Shown one piece after another: positions 26,405-38,994 of a stretch of DNA of 64,000 bases. The position numbers were made by a program, and so were the translations under genes. How positions within the stretch are numbered: the stretch's first letter is position 1; the number at the start of each line of letters is the position of its first letter. Under the pieces are notes generated by a model. That model was not told the origin of the DNA, made no database searches, and saw only the letters and a list, made by a program, of their open reading frames with translations. Source of the stretch: Lama glama. Lineage: Eukaryota. The stretch covers positions 93,870,001 through 93,934,000 of the forward strand of contig CM052817.1 in assembly GCA_028534125.1 (NCBI GenBank). The letters are read 5' to 3'.

Positions 26405-28077
26405 ATGACTGTGAGGTTGGCAAACATTTCTTTAGTAGAATACATAAAAGCACTAACTATAAAGGAAAAGATAAATTAGACTTCATTAAAATTAAAGCTC
26501 TCTTTAATCACCATTAAGAGAGTAAAAAGGCAAGCTGTAAAGTGTGAGAATAAATTCAAAACCCATACATTCAAAGGACTCAATTCCATAAAACTCCTAT
26601 AAATCAATAAGAAACAGATAGACAACTCAATTTTTTAGTGGGAAAAAATTTAAACAGGTACTTCACAGAAAGGACATCAAAGGGCCATAACCACGTGAAC
26701 AGGTGTTTAACATCATTATTCTTTCAGTAAAATGAATATGAAAATCATAATAAAAAACACTATAATCCACCAGAAGAGCTAACAGTTTAAAAAAAAAAAC
26801 TGAACTAAACCAAATAGTGACCAGGATGTGTTACAACTGGAACTCTTATACGCTGCCAGTAGATGTGTAAATTGGCACTACTACTACTTCTGAAACTGGT
26901 TTGAAAGTACCTACCAAAGCTGAATATATACATATTCTATGATTCCTCAATTCCACTTCAGGGTGTATACCGAACAAAAATGTGTACGTATGTACTAGAA
27001 TACTAATATCCTTGAATATTAATATTTGACTATATTTAATAGTCAAAACCTGTAGCCATTCAAATATTAATTAATAATCAAATGGATGAATAAATTGTGG
27101 TAATTCATACAACAGGATACTATGTAATAATTAAAATGAACAAACAAATATATACAACATACATGAATACCACAAACAGAAAGTTGAATGAAAGAATCCA
27201 AACAAAAGGATACACACTATACAAATCCATTTGCAATGCTCAAAACAGTCAAAACTCATCGATGGTTAGAAATGTCAAAATGCAGGTTACTTTGGAATAA
27301 TGAGTGGAGGCTTGGCAAAAGGAGAGTTTCTGGGTACTTCAGAATATTCTGTTTCTTGATCTGGTGGGTAGTTGCACAGATGTGTTCATTTTGTGAAGAT
27401 TCATAGAGCACACACTTAACATTGGTGTACTTTTTTATATGTATGCTTTTTTCAATAAAAATTCACCAAGACAATCCAAATAAAATCCAAATAAAAGGAT
27501 CAATGAAGAAGGTACTGTTCAGAAGAGGACTAGAGAGGTAAGGTAAGGGTTAGTTAAGTGTGATTTTGGCACCAGGATGGACAAATAGACCAACAGAACA
27601 GAACAGGGAATCCAGGATCAGAAGCACACATTTAGGGTCACTTGTTTTAATGCTGATGATCCATGACTTGAAAATTTTCAAAGCCGAAAGAAATAGAAGA
27701 AAAGAGTTAGTGAAAGTACTATCTAAAATAGTGAACAGTTAAAAGAGCAAGAGAAATTAAGGGAGCAGGTTAAAAGCAAGGAGAGTGGCTATACACTCAA
27801 AACCAAAACAACAAACAAAAAAACACAACCCTGGTGGAAGTTTCCGAAGAAAGAATTCCTAGAAGATCTGTAGGTGGTGAAACATGAAAGCAGCAGACAG
27901 AGATAAGCGCAGAGTCACGGGGCAGACCCCATTCTCTGGGGAAAAGACTGTTTCCCTAACAATGGGGTCTCAATGCTCAAAATAATGTGGAATCAATGCT
28001 ATGTTATTGCCTTGATTATACTGACTAGGTGATGGGATAAAAATTTGAGATATGAGAAGACTATGTTGCCCCATTCC

Positions 28078-28640
28078 TGTTCTGGCTATCTTGGTGCATA
28101 ACAAACTGCCCTAACACAGCATGTAAATATATTATTGCCCATGATTTTGGAGACACAAATTTGGAGAGTCTCAGCTGAGCGTGTCTTGTGCTCCGCATGG
28201 TTTCAATAGATGAGACTTGGTGCATTCAGTTTGTGACTGGGCTCACCGGAAGGGTCTGAGACAACATCACTTAGTGTTACGCCTAGTGCCTTGGCTGGGA
28301 TGGCTGGCTGGGCTCAGCTAAAACCATTCATCAGAATGCTCACATGCACCCTCTCCAGAATGGCCATCTCAGAGTAGTTGGACTTCACTTAGATGCTTTG
28401 GGTTCCTAGGCAGTGTTCCAGAAGTGAGCATTCCAAGAGGCCCAGGCAGATGCCCTTGGCCTAGCTTTAGAAGTTTCAGAACATTGCTATCGCCTCATTC
28501 TATTAGTCACGCAAGTCAACTGGGCCAGTGTAGATTCAGGAGGAGGAGGGTGAAACAAACTATTACATAATGAGGAATTAACATGCAAGCACGGGTAAGG
28601 AAGGAAGTGATGCCAGCCGTCTTAGAAGTATGCTACCAAA
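28078..28640 (-). mobile_element. MLT1F/G/H-like LTR
   Basis: gcataacaaactgccc...ctggctgggctcagct...cattctattagtcacgcaagtca. Confidence 0.75.
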
Positions 28641-29713
28641 CCCCATCACTTGTGTGTCCAAGACATTCTTCATACTAAGTCAGTTGCATTCACTGCCTCA
28701 GGAGAGGAATCACAAAGTACACAAGGAACTAAAGACCCAAATCTTAGCTCTAGAATAAAGATGGACACCAACAGCTGAGGATCAGCCTCTGGAAGGTGAA
28801 AACAGATACCGAAAAGGACAATTGATGGCTGGAGAATAGATACCCTGCATCTCTAGTTGCGCACCGGAGAAAGACCCCTCAGAATATGTATGCCCAATCA
28901 GGGAGAAAAGGAAGGAGAAAATCCTGAATGGAATGAGGAATGTCTGAGTTGACTGAAGTGACAATAGTTAAATTTGTGCCACTAGGCAAAATGGGATGAA
29001 ACAGAAATTAATTCCAGTTGGAGAAAAATAAAATTATATTTTTGAAACTAAATTTGTGGGCAGTTAAATTAATACCTATATAATTACTTTAAGCTTTTGT
29101 TCTTATTGGTTTGATCATTATAATTATTCATATACTACAATTCAGCTAACTCTGATGAGTAATTTTTCTATTTCATTTTTCCTGAAATCTTGATATTCTC
29201 CTTAGACTCTCATAGCAAAGAATGAACTGCCTTATTATTTGCCACAAAGCCATAGATTTGATGACTTTTAAAACCCAATTTGTCTTAGACAGAAAGTATT
29301 TGCTATTTTAAACACTTAGTTAATTTCCATTGACTCATATTCTTCTAAATATTACACTTCTGAGGTTGTCTAGTCCATTACTCCTGAAGGAGCCCCTAAC
29401 ATAATACCTTCCCAAGTTCATTACTATTTGTTTGAGGAAAGCTTTTGTCCTTGAGCAGTTACAACACTTTTCAGAGACAGCTGGGCAAATATTCACCAAG
29501 ATAAGCCACCTGATATAACTGATGCAAGAGGTACTTCTGAAGTACAGACAGAACTGCAAAGAACAGAATTTTAAGGGCCAAAGATAAATTCGCAATTGCA
29601 GACTTATTCACCATAAGCATACAAAAAGCTGATAGATTCAGCAACCACCACAAACAACCAAGGCAGACACACACTGTAGCCTTTTCACAAAGAAATTCTC
29701 AGTTATCTTTTTT

Positions 29714-29908
29714 TGGGGGGGGCATAGCCAATTTTTTTTTACATTTTTTCATTGAGTTATAGTCATTTTACAATGTTGTGTCAATTCCAGTGTAGAGCAC
29801 AATTTTTCAGTGAGAGATGAACATACATATATTCATTGTCACTTTTTTTTTTTGCTGTGAGCTACCACAAGATCTTGTACACACTATCCTGTGCTACACA
29901 GTATAATC
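29714..29908 (-). mobile_element. Young camelid-type L1 3' end, 5'-truncated
   Basis: Reverse complement closely matches 51362-51540; TSD ttatctttttt at 29703-29713 and 29909-29919. Confidence 0.9.
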
Positions 29909-30019
29909 TTATCTTTTTTAATTGTAGCTTCCCTATTTTCCCACTTCATTTGTACTACATTCAGAATTCTTGTACATTCCAATTATGGAGAAGGTTACAT
30001 TCATGCTCAAATGATATCC

Positions 30020-30972
30020 CCACTTACACTTTTGCTCCACTTCAGTTTATTCCCAACCAAGAGCCAGAGTGATCTGTTTAGACATGCCAAATCATGTCAC
30101 TCCTTTAACAGAGTAAATAGCTTGCTGAGAATAAATTTCAAAGTCCTTATAACAGCAGACAAGACACCTGTGGGATCTGGGCCGCCATTGCTTTTCTGCT
30201 CTCCTCTACTGTCTGTACTCCGTTCACTTCACTTCAGCCTCACTGGTCTCCAGGTTGTTCCTACACTGTATCAAGCAGGTGCTCACTGCCTGTGACAATC
30301 TTTCCTCAGATTTTCACATGGTTTATTCCTTATGTTTTTCAAATCTTTGCTCACGTGCTCTCTCTTTTTTTTTAAATTTAAGAATAGTTGATTTACAGTG
30401 TTGTGTTAGTCTCAGGTGTATAGCAGAGTAATTCACTTACACACATATATGCTCTTTTTCAGATTCTTTTCCATTATAGGTTATGACAAGATATTGAATA
30501 TAGTTCCCTGTGCTATACAGTAGGATTTTGTTGTTTATTTTATATACAGTAGTTTGTACCTGCTAATCCCAAATGCCTAATTTGTCCCTCCACTTCCTCC
30601 TTTTCCCTTTGGTAACCATAAATTTGTTTTCTGTATCTGTGAGTTTGTTTCTGTTTTGTAGATAAGCTCATTTGTATCACTTTTTTAGATTCTACATATA
30701 AGTGATGTCACTTGATCAAATGCTTTCTTCTTAATGAGACCACCCCTTTAAAATTTCACCCACCACATGCATTATTTTTCTCCACAGCACTAATCACTTC
30801 CTAACATATTAAATTATCATTTATTTTCCTTATTTTTCTGTCCACATCCATCAAAATGTCAACTCATTGAGTGAATCTGTTTTCTGTTTTGTTCACCGAT
30901 TACCACTAACCCCCGAAAACACTGCCTGGCACATAGTATGCCATCAGCAAATATTTGCTGAATGAATATATG
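30020..30972 (+). mobile_element. L2 3' end with nested L1
   Basis: gccagagtgatct...atcatgtcactcct...gcctggcacatagt...aatatttgctgaatgaat terminus. Confidence 0.85.
30365..30711 (-). mobile_element. L1 3' end nested in L2
   Basis: T-tail, atagttgatttacagtgttgtgttagt...ttccctgtgctatacagtagg; degenerate TSD ttgctcacgtgct/ttgatcaaatgct. Confidence 0.9.
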
Positions 30973-32517
30973 ATGACAAAGATTGTAGGCATTATTACAA
31001 AAAAGGTAGATATTGGTTACACTGCTTTTCTTTGATATATTTCATTTTTAATCAGCAACATCCAGGACTTCGGCTATTAATAGTATCACAGAAAATCATC
31101 TTCTGTCTATCCTATCCCCAATACTTTGTATTTATACCCCTATTCTTTCTAAGGGACCATGACAGCCATTAATGATTCCTGGAGACTCTGGCCTTAGGTT
31201 CTGATTTTTACACCTTAACCAAGTATGAGAACGTCATTTGTCTGTGTATCTGTAAAAGGTAGGAATTACTGATACTATTGTCCAGGATTCCTTTAAGATA
31301 AATATCAAGGTGACTTATGTTTGTGAGGGCAATGGAAACTTGTTAAATTCCCTCAATAACTGAAATGAGTGGAAGGGAATGATAGTACGAGACCAGCAGT
31401 AGAGAAAGTCAGCTGCAAAATATAAAGAGGGTTGCAGAACTTGAATCTTCTTTGTTCCATGAGCATTCTGACCCAAATTTAAGGCAAAACAAGAGAACAG
31501 GCAAGGGAAAAGACCCAACAAAGAAAAAATAAGAAGATCCTATGACACTAAAACCAATGGCTAATGCAACAGTAAAATACTACTACTAATACAGATAGTA
31601 ACTAAGAATAAATAACTACAGGTTAAACAAAATCTCAGAGTACAGGCTAAAAGAGTAGGTAACTCAAGAGACAATATATGTAGCCAAGGACTCAGAGCAC
31701 TGCATGGGGCTAATGACAGATTTCTTAAAGTTCACATGTGACAGCATTCCTCAACAATCAAGACTTCTTGAGGAAATTCTGTTTGATGAGCCCAGTCAAA
31801 CTTCCTGTGGCTCATGGGCCAACTGCCTATTCCCTATACCTGGGAGAGGTGGAGGGAGAAAAAAAAAAGCTGGCAGTGAGAAAGTGAAACAAGATCTGTT
31901 CAGTGTCCTATTCATCACACCTCAACACATGCACTCATGCTCCTCCAGCCTTTTGGGAAACCAACGAGAGGAGTGTTTTTAAAAGGAGTTCTTCGTATTC
32001 TTTCAAGGGAGCATACAGAAACAGAGCAAACCATGCAGATGGAAGCATCCCAGCTATATTCTCTGTATTTTCTCTCAACCAACCTGTAAAAATCATGTAA
32101 AAATCAATGCAGAAATGTTTGTCTTACAGAAAACACTCATAGAAAGGGTAGCAATTCTTCTACACCCTTTCCCTGCTTTATGTCTAGATCAGCTAGCTGG
32201 TGTCGTGGTGTCCATGGTGTCAAGGTCATAAAAAGGAGGCAAGAGTTTGAAAGCAGACTGGATTAGTCCCTATATAATCTGGTAGTGAGCCAAAGAAAAA
32301 AAATGTAAGGTCAAGAAGCCCATAAGGTAGAGTCCTTCTGGATCAAAGATTTAAGTTGGCAAAACTCTCTAGACTCGATGGTCTTAATAATCAGACAATA
32401 AACACTGCAAGAGGTTCCTGAGGGAAATAAATACATAAATTAATTTTTTAATTAAAAGGGGGCGGGGGCAGGGGCAGTGAAAGGAGAATTATTTGCTCCT
32501 AAGTTCTATAGTTCTCA

Positions 32518-33480
32518 TTCACACCACAATGGCTAAAATTAAAAGGACTGACAACACTAAAAGTTGACAAGGATATGGAGCAATTGGAAATCTTATATAT
32601 TTTTAACAGGAATGTAAAATGATATAAACATTTTGAAAAAAGGTTTGGCAGTTTCTTATAGAACTAAACTAACTCCTCCTACCCCATTTCTTAGCAATCC
32701 CACTTTGAGATATTTACCTAAGAGAAATGAAAACATATGTTTATAAGAAACACTTGTACAATAATATTCATGGTATTAATCATAGTGACCCAAAACTAGA
32801 AAAGTCCAGGGTCCATCAAAAAGAGAATGAATAAACAATCTGTTTATCTGTATATAAGGGAATACCACACGGTGATAAAAAGGAATAAACCACCAATACA
32901 TGCAACAACATAAGTGGATCTCAGAAGCATCATGCTACGTGAAAAAAGCCAGACATAAAAGACTACATATTATTCCATTTATATTGACATTCTAGAAGAG
33001 AATGTCTATGTTGGAAAAAAATCAGAAGAGTATTTTCCTCTGGGGATAGAGGTAGGGTTTGACTGGGGAGGGTCAAGAGGGAATTTTCTTGGGTGGTGGT
33101 GATATTCTATGTCTTGATAGGGGTTTGGTTTTAACAAGCATATTCATTGGTCAAAACTCAGTGAATGTGCTGGCAATGTTTGTGTATTTTGTTATATATC
33201 AGTTTTATGTAAAAATAGAAATCTAATATCTAATTCCAGTTCATAATATGAATGCTGAAATATTTAGGGAGAAGTATACTGATAGCCACAATTTACTTTG
33301 AAATGCATCAAAAAGCTAAAATGGATTAAAGGATGGATAAAGTGATATATAAATATATGATAAAGCATCTATAGGATAATAGAAGTGAGAGAATCTGAGT
33401 TGTGGTTTTATATATAGTGTTGTTTTTCACTGTAAAATTCTCTCAACTTTGCTGATTATTTAAAAAGTATCATAATAAAA
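32518..33480 (+). mobile_element. L1MC/ME-type 3' region
   Basis: ttcacaccacaatggctaaaattaaaaggactgacaaca...atttacctaagagaaatgaaaacatatg...cactgtaaaattctctcaacttt. Confidence 0.85.
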
Positions 33481-34739
33481 TGGCTTAAAACTCAACATCT
33501 CAACCCCCACCCTGCCTAATAAGAGAAACCCCTCTGGAGTAATGACCTTGTGATTAGTGCACGTTTTTGAGATGGATGAGCCTGAAGAAAGACTTCGAGG
33601 GCCTAAAGGCTGTGACCAGGACATCCAGCAGTTTTTTCCCATCCCTGGTGACTTAAGAGTTGAACTAGAGTCTTGGTCATTGGACCCCTGGCATCCAGCT
33701 TTCCCTTCAAAAGATGAAATATAAATAGGTCTTTAGACTCACTGGCCTTGTGATCACAAAGTTTTACATAAACTTGTATAATAAATGTTTAGGTATAAGA
33801 AGAAGAATTATTTCAGCCCCACTGCAATTTTATCTTTTTGTTCTCCTTGTAAAAATTGCACTGAAATTTATTGCAAGGATCCCTATAAAATTAATACCAT
33901 AAAATAATCATAAAACCAATCACATATTTTATAGAAAATAGCAGAATAAAATCACTTTTTGTGAGATGTCAAATCCAAAGAAATCTATGACTTAAAAAAA
34001 GACAACTTTCTGTTGTCTTTAAGCATCTAATGTGTTCAACTTCTTGTCGGAAGGACTGGGAAGGCATTTCATTACTGTCCATTTACAGAAACCCTACTGA
34101 CCATTGTCCATGCTTATAGGAATCTTCAGTGTGAATTCTGTTAACTGAAAAACCTTCTTAATAATTATCTTTGTCTTGTCTTTTCCATTATGTTTACTCA
34201 GACTGTATCTCTCCACATTAGCCAAAAGAACAAAACAAAGTGAAACATTCAGGCTTCCTATAATCATATTCTTTGAAATCAGTTTCTATTATAACGCACT
34301 AAGATCTACTAACTTTTGTCTATGTAGAAATGTAAACAAAAGAAATCCAGAGATTACCAGGCAACACAGGTTGAGTATGATCCAGAAATTTAGCATGCTT
34401 CTAAATAAACAAGTGCTATCTAGGAGTGAATTAGTAAAAGCATAATGAGATCAAATGAAGCATTAACTCAATTTAACTAGTAAGACTGTCAAGATAAAGA
34501 TTCAATAGGGACTTTAGAGAAATAAAAACAACCAGAATGCATTTCTGAGAAGGCTTGCAAAATAATACCTAAAATAATGGAACTTAATGGAAAGCAGTGA
34601 AAAAAACAGTAAACCAGAAAAGTGAGAACTCCAGATGGTGACCATCTGCCCTCCGTCTTCACTGAAACAGAACAAGGTGGAACAATCAACAGCAATAGGT
34701 TAAAGAAGACAGAAGACTCACTCAAGGGCCCGTTTTCAG

Positions 34740-35460
34740 TGAACTTCCTGTTTCTAAGACATTGTACGTTGTCAGTTACTCCCTCCCTTATGAAGATCTT
34801 CCTCTCCTTCCTAAAGTGCAACTCTCCATTCTTATCCTCCCTTGGTGGTCAGTTTTGTATCCATGGTCTCCAAGGTTTCAAGGTCATAAAAAGAAGGCAA
34901 GAGTTTGGAAATGAACTGGGGTAGTCGCCACGTAATTTTTTACTTTTGCTGTGTTCTTTTGCTTTTACTTTTTGTGGCTCTGCTTCTGACTGCTGTCAAA
35001 TGAGGATGTTATTTAAAATGACATCCTTTTTTGGCCCCTTTTTCTTTTTATTCTCTTTTTCCTTCCTATGTAATCTCACCCACACATGCTGGTGACTCTT
35101 AAAATTATATCCCAAATTTAATCTCTTTCCTAAACTCCACACTGAATTTTCCTCTTCTCAGGTATCTTGCAGGTACATAAAACTTCATGCCCAACTTACT
35201 TAATCATTTCTGCCTAAAGCACTTTTTCTAGTATTTTCTATCCGTGGCATTTCTATCAGAGCAGTCCTCCAAATTAGCAATCATGAAATGACTTTTTGCT
35301 CCTCTACCTGCCTCTCAACTCCTATGTGGTGGGGTTTTTTGTGGGGGGAGGAAGTTGGTCTCCCCTTCCTATACTGATGCTTCTGGAAAGTAACCATCTG
35401 CCTTATTCATTCTCCTTATCTCAGTGACCAGAAGAGTATCTAGTACACATCAGGCATATA
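34740..35460 (+). mobile_element. Degenerate L2 containing a 60-80 bp templated insert
   Basis: Pyrimidine-rich L2-like tracts ending agtatctagtacacatcaggcat. Confidence 0.55.
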
Positions 35461-35577
35461 AGGTAGGAAGGAAAAGAGGAAGGAAGAAAGGAAAGGAGAG
35501 AGGAAGAGAAGAAAGGAATAATGAAAGGAAATGGGAAGGAAGAAGAAAGGGGGAAAGAGAGATGTAAGGAGAAAAGC
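35460..35577. repeat. GA-rich low-complexity tract
   Basis: Nearly pure purine run. Confidence 0.85.
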
Positions 35578-36149
35578 AATTAATAAAATTACTGAGCTAT
35601 TACTCATTATAGGATAGTTAAAGTTTATAACAGCTGGCAGCTGAGGCTGTAATTCTTCTGCAGCAGAGAGCTCTTTCTGTTGGAAAGACATTAGGAGAGG
35701 CCTTTAGAGTAAAAGTTAAGCCCTCAGGCCCCACTTACCAATCACTGAAAGCTTGGAGGGGATGAGGCATACTCTCCATAATAAAAAGACAGAGTCTGAA
35801 GAATTCCAAGATAAAACAGAGTGAGGCACAGAGAGGAAACGAGGCAAACAGAACCAGGTTGGTGCCCTCACCCTGAGACCTTCAAACCTTCTATCAGTTG
35901 TAGGAAATTCATGGAAATCTTGGTAAGAGTGGATATTTTCATTCTTGCAACGCAGTGAAATTATAGAATTTAGAATCTAGGTTTGCATGAGGGTAAAAAC
36001 ATGAGACAAAACTCATGGACACAAAAGCCAGAGGACAAGGCAAGATGTGAATCTGGGTTTACGTTCAGAGTCACAGGTTACAGTGTAAGTACTCAGACCT
36101 GCCGTAAAGGAATGTGGCCTCTGGAGCAAGACCTCAGCCTCTGCCAGGG

Positions 36150-36450
36150 AATCCGGGTGATCCGATCCCACGGAAACCGATTCTATCTAAAAGATCAAAC
36201 CAAAGTCACAAAACCAAATGCCCGAGATCGCAAATGACATTGCACTATTCAAATTCGGAGCCAAGGCTAAATAAACCAGCTTAAGATTCTAATAGGAACT
36301 CAAGAAATTCAGCTTTGACCGCGGGCCTCTACTTCTTCCTACACCCATTTAGAGTAGTGGTGTAATCCTAACGGGGTTTAGGTCGCACAGCCTTGACAAG
36401 AAGCACTGGCCCAAATTGCTTGAACTGAAGGAATGCTATATAAGCTGAGG
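36150..36450. promoter_or_regulatory. Candidate enhancer/promoter
   Basis: About 11 CpGs in about 240 bp; CAAAGTCA 36201; CCAAGGCTA 36261; TAAATAAAC 36268; TCAAGGCT on minus at 36389-36396; TATATAA 36437-36443. Confidence 0.45.
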
Positions 36451-37748
36451 GATGCTTTGGCACTAGGCCAACAACTTCAATCTGCTCCTTTTTTTTTTTT
36501 AAACTTTTCAATGCGTTCTGTGTTCACTGATGTACCCTTGTGTTCTCAAAGCTGAGTGAGATGGGGAGTGGAAGAAGGAAATGGGAATGTCTACTGGTTT
36601 GAAGGAGAAATATTTATGTCTGCCAATATCAGATGCTAGATATACAAAATTTCTTAATACTGGACCACTACACCCTTCATACTCATTTTGATGCTATATA
36701 GGCTAGTTTATTTCCTTTATATGCTGCAGTCCAAGTTTTATAACTTATAATTATATGTGTTGTTATATAAAAAATGACTGTAACTATTCATTTTGACAGG
36801 CTAATAAGGTGCAGGAGTGCAAAATGGTAGAAGTATGAGATTTCATAGAAAATTCTACTATCATACTTGTTTTATAATAAACCAGATTGCAGGCCTCCAA
36901 AACATGCTGCTGACTTGTAATAAAACCAACCACAGCCACAGCTAAGAGAGGAGACTTCTTACTTTTCAATCAGTGTTAGTCACGTCTGCTAAGAAAAGAA
37001 AATGCTCTGGGTTGTTTTCAAAGCAGAAAAATGCATAAACACCCAAGGAACACTCTGAAAACTGTTAGCCATCAAAATAAACTAGCAAAGCCTCCAAGTC
37101 ATTTGAAAATATCAATCTTGTGGAGGCTACAATAATCTTATATAATGCCTACACTACCATCAGTATTTATAGAGCATGTTTTCACTTCACTAATTCTCTT
37201 GGTTATTAGCATTGTTCCCAAGCTAGTATCTCCTTACTCTAAGATGCTCTCTGCTGCTTATACTTTACATTGAAAACAATATCCAGATACTTTACATTGC
37301 ATTTTTCAAATGCATATTTCCTTTCAAAGTACTAAATTTCCACATAAGATAACCACCTTTTTCTTCGACCAAGAGATGATTTTTCTTTTTTTCTTTCACT
37401 CAATCATGTTTGTAAACTAACTTTTATATTAAAGCACCAAAGAAAAACACTGGTGACATTCTCTAGACTTTTTCTTTCCTCCTTTGAGACTTTCCCTCTG
37501 ACATCCTGGTGATGCACATGGTCAATATGTGAAACAGCAGTCTCACATGTATCCCAGACCAAGAGCCATCGAACTGTTTGGCCACCTTGAAAAAGAGAAT
37601 GAATGGGTTTCCAAGCACAGTGATGTCACATGTAGCAGAGAAGAACACCTGATTTCACCTCTGAATCCTGGCTGTGTAAGTGTGGAGTAAGCTCCCTCAA
37701 CTGCTCTCGGACATGACGGCCCAAACTGCAGCAGCCATATTACCTCAC

Positions 37749-37818
37749 CTTTGTGGACCTGGTCTAGCTCTCAGTTCAATCTGCGTGGAATCGACCAAGG
37801 AGAGAATGTCCTGATGAC
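37749..37818 (-). other. Candidate 70-nt exon
   Basis: Minus strand atctcattttAG|GTCATC...CAAAG|gtgagg; one open frame, GHQDILSLVDSTQIELRARPGPQ. Confidence 0.35.
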
Positions 37819-37904
37819 CTAAAATGAGATTATTACAGGCGTGCCTCTCACTGTCTTTCAGAATCCACTCATTCTTAGTTCAAGTAGAATTTGAAGAAGC
37901 CTAA

Positions 37905-38125
37905 AGGCTTCTTATTAAGAGTACAGACGCTGGAGTTAGACTATCTGAGTCGAATCCTGGCTCTGCTGTTTACTAACTCTGAGACCTCGGACAAGTTACT
38001 TAAACTCGGTGCTCTGTTGGATAACCCAGAAGATGAGGAAAACATTAATAGATTTTATAGAGTTGTTATAGGATGAAATGAATTAAAATAGGTAAAAACA
38101 CCTTGAAGTGTGCCAGGCATTAGTT
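37905..38125 (+). mobile_element. MIR SINE
   Basis: ttaagagtacagacgctggagttagac...gagacctcggacaagttacttaa...agtgtgccaggcat. Confidence 0.8.
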
Positions 38126-38538
38126 TTTGTTTAATTTCTAAACCCACAGAATATTATAAACAGGGACAAGAAGAGGGACATGGGCTTCTGCAGGCATTTG
38201 CACTGACACCCAAAAGCATTATCAACTAAAAGTCTAATAGCCAGGGGGAAGCATGGGGGTATTGCTAAAAAACAGATATAAGAAATGGGGACATTGTGTA
38301 TGAGTAAAAGCCTGGTGAGTGTCCAAAAGCATCACTCTACTACATCATAACAGAGCAGCAAACCTGAACCATCAGGTCCAAGGGCATCTCTCTATTTCAG
38401 CTCAGCAACATAGGCGACATTTATAAAAATAACTTTGTGCATTTAAGAAATGATTAAAATAGACTCAATAATTTCAATGACAATGCAATACATTTTGAAA
38501 GCTTTCTGTTCAAAACAGCCAAATAAGAAATTTTAGAG

Positions 38539-38680
38539 GGTGGGGGAGGATATAGCTCAGTGGTAAAGCGTATGCTTAGCATGCATGAAGTCTTGGGTTC
38601 AATCCCCAGTACCTCCATTATAAACAAACAAACAAACCAACCTAATTGCCTCCCCCCCAAAAAAAGTAAAATTTAAAAAA
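38539..38680 (+). mobile_element. Camelid tRNA-Ala-derived SINE (Vic-1 type), full length
   Basis: A box tagctcagtgg, B box ggttcaatcc, tail cctaattgcctccccccc-A; TSD aagaaattttagag/aagacattttagtg. Confidence 0.92.
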
Positions 38681-38994
38681 AAGACATTTTAGTGCCTGAA
38701 TACATACATACTTAGTTATCCAAAATACTGTTATTCAGAATGATTTATTCTAAGTGGTCTTATTATAAGAAGATACTGAGAGAAAAAACAAAATAAAACA
38801 AGTGATTTCATGGGGGAGTGTGTCAAAGTAACTGGGTTGCTAGGTCAGCTTGTAGAGAGAGCAGGGCGCCCTACCTCTCCTGGACCCCATGCCTCCCTCA
38901 AGGCAATTAACTGCTATCTCACTTGAACCAGAGCAATTTTGAGTCTTTTTTGTTGCAGCAGCTTAATATTATCCTAATAAATTGAGAGAGAGAT

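Larger units (their letters stand above)
25080..27470 (+). mobile_element. Old L1M (ORF2 3' half plus 3' UTR), interrupted by the microsatellite and an MLT1
   Basis: atctataaatttaatgaaataccaataaaaatc...aaaatttctagaagataacat...caactggaactcttatac...ttcaataaaa. Confidence 0.85.

Noticed and set aside
29408..29553. Minus-strand exon candidate
   Set aside because: Acceptor is reasonable but the donor (gtatta) is weak and the translation is unrecognisable
36437..36500. TATA box followed by a T-run, as a possible type-3 Pol III gene
   Set aside because: The implied RNA would be about 20 nt, with no recognisable PSE or known RNA
38539..38616. tRNA-Ala(AGC)-like sequence
   Set aside because: It has a SINE tail, a TSD and a degenerate acceptor stem, so it is a SINE head rather than a tRNA gene
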